Positions 55,418 through 60,313 of a stretch of 60,313 bases of DNA are shown piece by piece. The translations under genes were made by a program, and so were the position numbers. The notes beneath the pieces are model-generated. The model did not search any database. It was not told the origin of the DNA and worked only from the letters and a program-made list of their open reading frames with translations. Numbering within the stretch: position 1 is the first letter of the stretch; the number at the start of each line of letters is the position of its first letter. The stretch comes from a virus (taxonomy: Duplodnaviria; Caudoviricetes), in the IMG/VR virus record IMGVR_UViG_3300028571_001115, positions 1 to 60,313 of that record. One strand, written 5' to 3'.

Positions 55418-56089
55418 ATGGCAAAACCGATCAAAGACGAGTATGTCGAGCTGGGTAAGAGGATCAAGCAGGCGCGCCTACAGGTAAACCGATCGCAGGA
55501 CGATTTGCGGGCGCTAACCGGCATCAGCAAGCAGGCCCTATCGGCCTGGGAGCGCGGTCAAGCACCACCGACTCTGGGCAATTTGGCTAAATTCGCCCTA
55601 GCTGTAGGCGTTACAGTTGAGGAGTTGCTTTCCGGCACCACTGCTGAGTTAACTGATCGATCATCAGTATCGCTTAGGCTTGATGCTGGTCAATCATTCG
55701 TGCCATTGTATAGACCTCACATGGGCGTGGAGGTTTTGATGGGGCGCGTTACGCGGGCTGAGAGTAATCCTGAAAAGTATGTCTCTACAATCACTAAGCA
55801 CTCAGACGACGCGATTGCGATCCATATTCGTGACAAAAGTATGGAGCCTAGATTTCGGGTTGGTGACATCGTCACGCTGGAGCCTTTGGTCGAGCCCGAG
55901 CCGGGTAATCTGGTCTTTGCCTTTGCCAGCGGCAGCCCGGTATTTCGCCGCTTTATGCCGGTTCGGCATGGGGATAGCAACGGCGCGCGGCTGTGCGCCA
56001 CCAACGAGGCCTACCCAGAAATCGCCATGGCTGCGGGGGATGCGGTGTTGGGGGTCATGAAGGAGCACATCTCGTTCCACCACGATTGA
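55418..56089 (+). CDS. CI-like repressor (XRE HTH + S24 domain)
   Basis: LGKRIKQAR...SQDDL...SKQALSAWERG; DKSMEP-F--GD. Confidence 0.88.
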   Translation: MAKPIKDEYVELGKRIKQARLQVNRSQDDLRALTGISKQALSAWERGQAPPTLGNLAKFALAVGVTVEELLSGTTAELTDRSSVSLRLDAGQSFVPLYRPHMGVEVLMGRVTRAESNPEKYVSTITKHSDDAIAIHIRDKSMEPRFRVGDIVTLEPLVEPEPGNLVFAFASGSPVFRRFMPVRHGDSNGARLCATNEAYPEIAMAAGDAVLGVMKEHISFHHD

Positions 56090-56115
56090 TGTGTGTGTTT
56101 TGTTCCGTACAATTG

Positions 56116-56160
56116 ATAAAAAAATGACGCAGATCAGTGCTGCGTCATTTTTTTTTTATC
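56116..56160. terminator. Bidirectional intrinsic terminator after cI
   Basis: A7-tgacgcag...ctgcgtca-T-run. Confidence 0.85.
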
Positions 56161-56164
56161 AAGT

Positions 56165-56205
56165 GTCAACGCATAGTTGACAGAGGCGTAAATCAACTGT
56201 AAACG
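56165..56205 (+). promoter_or_regulatory. PL-like promoter TTGACA-17-TAAACG with perfect operator over -35
   Basis: GTCAAC-gcata-GTTGAC at 56165-56181. Confidence 0.75.
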
Positions 56206-56307
56206 TCAGTTATCGGCAGCGGGGTTTTGCATCTGCCGAACGACCGCCCGGTGCCATCTCTGCTTTGCCGCCGGGCGGTCAACTCACAGCGTACGCGGGG
56301 ATTAATC

Positions 56308-56475
56308 ATGCCTGAAATCGACGAGCAAATAGCGGAGCAGCAGCTGGTCTGTCGCCATTGGTGGCGGATCTACCGAGAGCACCCGCACGCCTACAGCGTG
56401 CCCCTGCATTTTGCAGCTGGCCTCAAACTAAAGCGCCTGCGGGCCAAGAAGGCGGAGTTGTCCAATGTCCAGTAA
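56308..56475 (+). CDS. Hypothetical protein
   Basis: First ORF after promoter. Confidence 0.45.
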   Translation: MPEIDEQIAEQQLVCRHWWRIYREHPHAYSVPLHFAAGLKLKRLRAKKAELSNVQ

Positions 56476-57166
56476 ACACACAGCATGGGCAGCAGCTGCC
56501 CAGATTAAGTTCATCTCGGCCCTGCGGTCAAAACTTGAGGCCCAGGCGCACGACGAGGAAACCATTCGCGACACCATCGAGGGCTGCGTTGACCTCGACA
56601 GCATTATGAATGCGCTCCTGCGCGACAAACTCGACAGCGAGGCGCTGGTGACATCCTATAAGGCGGTCGCCAAGGAGTGGACCGAGCGCGCCTACGCCAA
56701 GTCCGAGCGGGCCGAGAGCATCAGTGCCATCATCCTGCAGGCTCTCCAGGAGAGCGGTCAGGAGAGCTGGAAGGGCGACATGGGGTCGGTTGGCCTGCGT
56801 GACGGGGGTCTCTCGGTTGAGATCACCGACGGTTCGGTGCTGCCGCTGATCTATTCAAAATTTGCCCCCGATGTGGCCGCCGTCCGCTCGACCTTGTTGT
56901 CGATCGAAGAAAAGCGTCAGGCGATCCTGGGTGACACCGGCACCGACATCTACAGCAAGTTGGACCAACTCGCCGAGCTGCTGTTCTCCAGCCGGGACGC
57001 ATACGCGGCCTGGATGGCGGTCGAGCCTCAGAGCGAGATCACCGACGAGAACGACCTGTTGGGTGCTCTGGCCACCTACGACCCGATCCCCGGCGCGCGG
57101 CTCGTGCGCGGTGACCAGACGATCTCGTTCCGCAAACCAACCGCTAAATCAAGGAAGGCAGCCTGA
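56465..57166 (+). CDS. Gp157-like protein
   Basis: DEETIRDTIEG-VDL...IPGARL--G--TI--R. Confidence 0.65.
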   Translation: MSSKHTAWAAAAQIKFISALRSKLEAQAHDEETIRDTIEGCVDLDSIMNALLRDKLDSEALVTSYKAVAKEWTERAYAKSERAESISAIILQALQESGQESWKGDMGSVGLRDGGLSVEITDGSVLPLIYSKFAPDVAAVRSTLLSIEEKRQAILGDTGTDIYSKLDQLAELLFSSRDAYAAWMAVEPQSEITDENDLLGALATYDPIPGARLVRGDQTISFRKPTAKSRKAA

Positions 57167-57298
57167 TGTCGAGGTTCGAGATCCTAGAGGCCGTCATCCT
57201 CTCGGGGCAAATGCCAGACCGTGACCTGCACGAGCTGCTGGCCAGCGACCCCGAGTTTTCCACCTGGATCAAACAGCGCGCGAAGGAGCGTCATCCCC

Positions 57299-58111
57299 AT
57301 GGTTAAGGCACGTCTTGCGACCGATCCTGCACCTGAGCCCCAGGTGCGCACCAATCCCGAGAACCGCCAGCCCGAACCGGAGGCTAAGCGTTTATCCGGG
57401 GAGGACTGGGATCCTCACGCCAACATCCGCCTGCGTCGTCTCCGCATCGGTGCCGACCTGCGTCACGCCGAGATGTTCAAACACTTCGACACGGGCCGGG
57501 CCGGGAAGTTCGATGCGCTGTCTATCCACAAAATGGCCCGCGAGTGCGAAAAGGCTGCTGCAGCCCACGGGGCCACGATTGACTTCTGCGTCACCAAGTG
57601 GACGAGGAACGGCAACGTCACGCACGTCGAGGGCCTTCTGGTGCTGACCTCAGTCGACCAACCCGAGGACACCTACGCTCTGGCCTGCCTGGGCGAGGCT
57701 GCAGACAATGGCGACAAGGGCGTCAACAAAGCGGTCTCCAGCGCCCGCAAGAACGGCTTGACCGGCATGTTCAACCTGTCGGTCGGCATCGACGTCGAGG
57801 AGGAGCACGTCGACAGCACCCCCGAGACCAAAGTGCAAGAGGGCGCACCACAGCAGCATACCATGGCAGCAGGACCACTGCCCGGCTGGTACCGCATCAA
57901 ATACCTGAACGGCAGCCATCAGGACTTCGACCCGACGCAGTTCTTCACGGTTATCAGCGGAGTGATCATCACGTTGCGTCCCCAGGACGTCGACACGTTC
58001 CTGAGGATTAACCAGGAGGCTCTGCGTGCTTTCTGGCACCAGGACAACCATCGCGGCAACGCCATTCGCCAGATGGCCGAGGCGCAGAAGCAGCTGCAGC
58101 AGGCAGCATAA
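57299..58111 (+). CDS. ERF-family single-strand annealing protein
   Basis: GEAADNGDKGVNKAVSSARKN-L--MF-L motif. Confidence 0.7.
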   Translation: MVKARLATDPAPEPQVRTNPENRQPEPEAKRLSGEDWDPHANIRLRRLRIGADLRHAEMFKHFDTGRAGKFDALSIHKMARECEKAAAAHGATIDFCVTKWTRNGNVTHVEGLLVLTSVDQPEDTYALACLGEAADNGDKGVNKAVSSARKNGLTGMFNLSVGIDVEEEHVDSTPETKVQEGAPQQHTMAAGPLPGWYRIKYLNGSHQDFDPTQFFTVISGVIITLRPQDVDTFLRINQEALRAFWHQDNHRGNAIRQMAEAQKQLQQAA

Positions 58112-58323
58112 TGAAACCCGGTATCCTCGATCAAATCCAGGCCGTGGAGCAGCTAAAAGATTTGGCCGCTGCTCCACTGTCGAGTTTGCATGCTCAGGGC
58201 AAAATTGATGCCGATATCCCCGAGCTTCTATTGCGCGTCGAATGGGCGATTAAATCTCTGCAGTTTCTATCGCGGCGTGATGTCATTGATGTCATCAAAA
58301 AGGCAACCAGCAATGTGCCGTGA
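58111..58323 (+). CDS. Hypothetical protein
   Basis: TAATG coupling. Confidence 0.5.
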   Translation: MKPGILDQIQAVEQLKDLAAAPLSSLHAQGKIDADIPELLLRVEWAIKSLQFLSRRDVIDVIKKATSNVP

Positions 58324-58582
58324 AATACGCGAGGCGATAGAGCAGGAATTGATAAGCTGGCCCCAGGTGTCGGCTCAATTTGGGATGGGCGGGAAACACC
58401 CATTTGTCCAAATCATCTATGACGGCAAAAAGAGGCGCATCACCTATGCAGGGTCGCCAAGTGAAAATCAACGATCCGCGCGAAACGTCGTCAAGTGCGT
58501 CAGGCACGCCTGTCGAGACCTGATGGTAGGAGCCAAACTGAGGAGGATGCCCGGTGACCAACGCCCTCACGCAGGTCGATGA
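58313..58582 (+). CDS. HicA-like fold hypothetical protein
   Basis: GGKHP...GSPSE motif. Confidence 0.45.
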   Translation: MCREIREAIEQELISWPQVSAQFGMGGKHPFVQIIYDGKKRRITYAGSPSENQRSARNVVKCVRHACRDLMVGAKLRRMPGDQRPHAGR

Positions 58583-58931
58583 GACCGTCAGTGCCCTGGT
58601 CTGGCGCGAGGGCACACGACCGCGTAGTCTGCGCTGGCTCCGTGAGGACATGGCGCGCCGTGGCTTTGCCAGAAAGGTCGGCGGACGCTACGTCACGACA
58701 CTGGAGATGGTCGAGCGATACAAGGATGATTTAATCGGATGCGTGAAAAATTTGCAATCAGAGCCACCCTTAAACCTGCCAGTCGCATCAAAAACGGCGT
58801 CACGTATTGGAGCGCCAGAGGCAACGTCCCCGTCAAAAAAGAGGACGGCACGATTGCCCATCAGCGAGTCGACATTGGCCTTGGAAAAGCTGCAAACGCT
58901 GCGGAAAGAAAAGCGGAGTGTGCGCGCCTAA
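58554..58931 (+). CDS. Putative excisionase-like protein
   Basis: Overlaps integrase start; RWLRE...RKVGGRY. Confidence 0.45.
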   Translation: MTNALTQVDETVSALVWREGTRPRSLRWLREDMARRGFARKVGGRYVTTLEMVERYKDDLIGCVKNLQSEPPLNLPVASKTASRIGAPEATSPSKKRTARLPISESTLALEKLQTLRKEKRSVRA

Positions 58932-60244
58932 ATAGTGAGTACGAGGAGCGGGCGAAGGCGAGTGGCAAAAGAATGACTTTCGCCAGGGCGTGCATGAATT
59001 ATTGGGATGCTGGGCACGAGCCGTGCTTTATGTCAGATCGAATAATCGCAGCCATCGGCGACATGAATTGCGCCGATATTGACGACACGGTCATGTTGCG
59101 GGTGGCCCAGAAACTATTCCGCAGAGAAGCGTCCCCTGGCTATGTCAACCGGCACCTTTATACGCCGGTCAACGCTGTCCTGAAGATGGCCTCTAAGTCG
59201 AAGGTCTGCCCACCACCAGATCTCACGCGCCCAAAGGGCCACAAGTCGTCGCCCCAGAAGGCGATCCCAGATGACGCTTGGTACTCCAAGGTCGAACCAT
59301 TCCTAACGCCGCACCTGCGCGCCCTGGTGGCTTTCATGACCCTGCACGGTCGCCGTCTTGGGGATGCGCTCAACGCCGCCCGGGGGGACTACCTTCGAGA
59401 CCAGGGCGTGCTGATGATCGGCAAGGACAAGATGGGCAACGCCCTGCAGATCCGCCTCACCGTACACGTCATCAAGTGCATTGAGGCGATGCCGGATTTT
59501 GGCCAGCACAAGCACCTGTTTCGGTATGGTCCAGTAGCTCCGTCGAACGTCCGCCGGGACCTGCAGAGGGCGTGCCTTAAGGCTGGCGTACCTTATTTCT
59601 CCCCGCACTCCTTGGGCCGCCACGCCTTCGCGACCCGCATGCTGCGCGCCGGGTTCTCGCTCCAGTTCGTGAAGGACGCGGGTGGGTGGAAAACGATCGA
59701 AATGGTGTCGAACCGGTACGGCCACCTTGCCCACAGCGAGGTCAGCGCCGCCGTCGAGTCTGTGTCGGTCGATTTTGCCAACGGCAACGAGAGCGCCATC
59801 GCGGCAGCCTACAAGCTGGCGGACGAAGCCTTGTCTGTACCCACACTGCCGAAGGTCGACCTTGATCATCCGCTTGCTCGCCAGGAGGCGCTGATGCGCC
59901 TGCGCGGCACGAGCCCTGCCTGGGTCTATTTCTTCTACTGCTCGGGCGCGATCAAGATCGGCGTCTCGACTGACGTCCAAAAGAGGCTGAAGAACATCAA
60001 TGGAGGCAACAGCAACACCATCTACCTCGTCGGTCTGCTGCCGGGGTCGTTCCAGCTTGAAGGCGAACTGAAAGCTCGGTTTGACAAGTTCGCTACCAGT
60101 GGAGAGTGGTTCAGGGCTGAACCAGAGCTGCTTCGCTTCATCGACGTGAATGCTGACGGAAAACCCCTGATCGACGGTGGAAAATTGGTGGAAAAAGATT
60201 TTCGCCTCGCCCTGCCAAAGTTGGATGATGGTTTACCTCAATAA
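58739..60244 (+). CDS. int: Tyrosine integrase with C-terminal T5orf172/GIY-YIG-like domain
   Basis: HGRR, HSLGRH-FAT, GGW...NRY; then WVYF...IKIG-S-DV-KRL...E...F...GEWF. Confidence 0.88.
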   Translation: MREKFAIRATLKPASRIKNGVTYWSARGNVPVKKEDGTIAHQRVDIGLGKAANAAERKAECARLNSEYEERAKASGKRMTFARACMNYWDAGHEPCFMSDRIIAAIGDMNCADIDDTVMLRVAQKLFRREASPGYVNRHLYTPVNAVLKMASKSKVCPPPDLTRPKGHKSSPQKAIPDDAWYSKVEPFLTPHLRALVAFMTLHGRRLGDALNAARGDYLRDQGVLMIGKDKMGNALQIRLTVHVIKCIEAMPDFGQHKHLFRYGPVAPSNVRRDLQRACLKAGVPYFSPHSLGRHAFATRMLRAGFSLQFVKDAGGWKTIEMVSNRYGHLAHSEVSAAVESVSVDFANGNESAIAAAYKLADEALSVPTLPKVDLDHPLARQEALMRLRGTSPAWVYFFYCSGAIKIGVSTDVQKRLKNINGGNSNTIYLVGLLPGSFQLEGELKARFDKFATSGEWFRAEPELLRFIDVNADGKPLIDGGKLVEKDFRLALPKLDDGLPQ

Positions 60245-60294
60245 ACACGGTGGTCTTGGAAGGTGGAAAATCAAGGGTCAATTTTAGACCTCTA

Positions 60295-60313
60295 CCCTCC
60301 GAAGGCAAAGGTC
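60295..60313 (+). other. att core: start of 3' half of tRNA-Arg(CCG)
   Basis: CCCT-CCG-AAGGCAAAGGTC is an anticodon loop plus variable arm; no tRNA 5' half upstream; GGTGGAAAA arm-type repeats at 60176, 60187, 60262. Confidence 0.7.

Larger units (their letters stand above)
1..60313. mobile_element. Temperate phage / prophage (partial at left end), podovirus-like, alphaproteobacterial host
   Basis: Capsid, portal, terminase, cI/cro, replication genes, integrase and a tRNA-derived att core in one contiguous block; no host housekeeping operon. Confidence 0.95.

Noticed and set aside
1-60313. CRISPR array
   Set aside because: The 17-bp palindromes are dispersed, not regularly spaced with spacers; no cas genes
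60270-60313. Complete tRNA gene
   Set aside because: No acceptor stem or D-arm upstream of the anticodon; treated as an att core

Overview
GC-rich temperate phage (probably a prophage) of an alphaproteobacterium; the porin N-terminus points to a Hyphomicrobiaceae-like host. The right end stops at an att core matching the anticodon arm of tRNA-Arg(CCG), and the left end cuts through the tail region (no lysis cassette recognised). On the minus strand lie a podovirus-like structural block (tail fibre, adaptors, capsid, scaffold, GroES-like, P22-type portal), TerL and a distant TerS candidate, and a replication block (initiator with iterons, primase-helicase, SF2 helicase, SSB). A lambda-like cro/cI switch is followed by a plus-strand recombination/integration block. 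The most striking signals are: (1) about 25 copies of a 17-bp palindrome GTCAAC-N5-GTTGAC at gene boundaries and promoters genome-wide; (2) a second motif, TTGACG-N7-CGAATACCA, upstream of scattered late-type genes, in a phage encoding its own GcrA and adenine MTase; (3) an envelope module of TolC, an ABC-TMD::HlyD fusion with no ATPase, a porin and a cadherin-repeat protein; (4) several stand-alone polyvalent-protein-type effectors; (5) an integrase fused to a T5orf172/GIY-YIG-like domain. Several frameshifts and a nonsense codon suggest decay or sequencing error. All family calls come from motif recognition by eye, not from searches.
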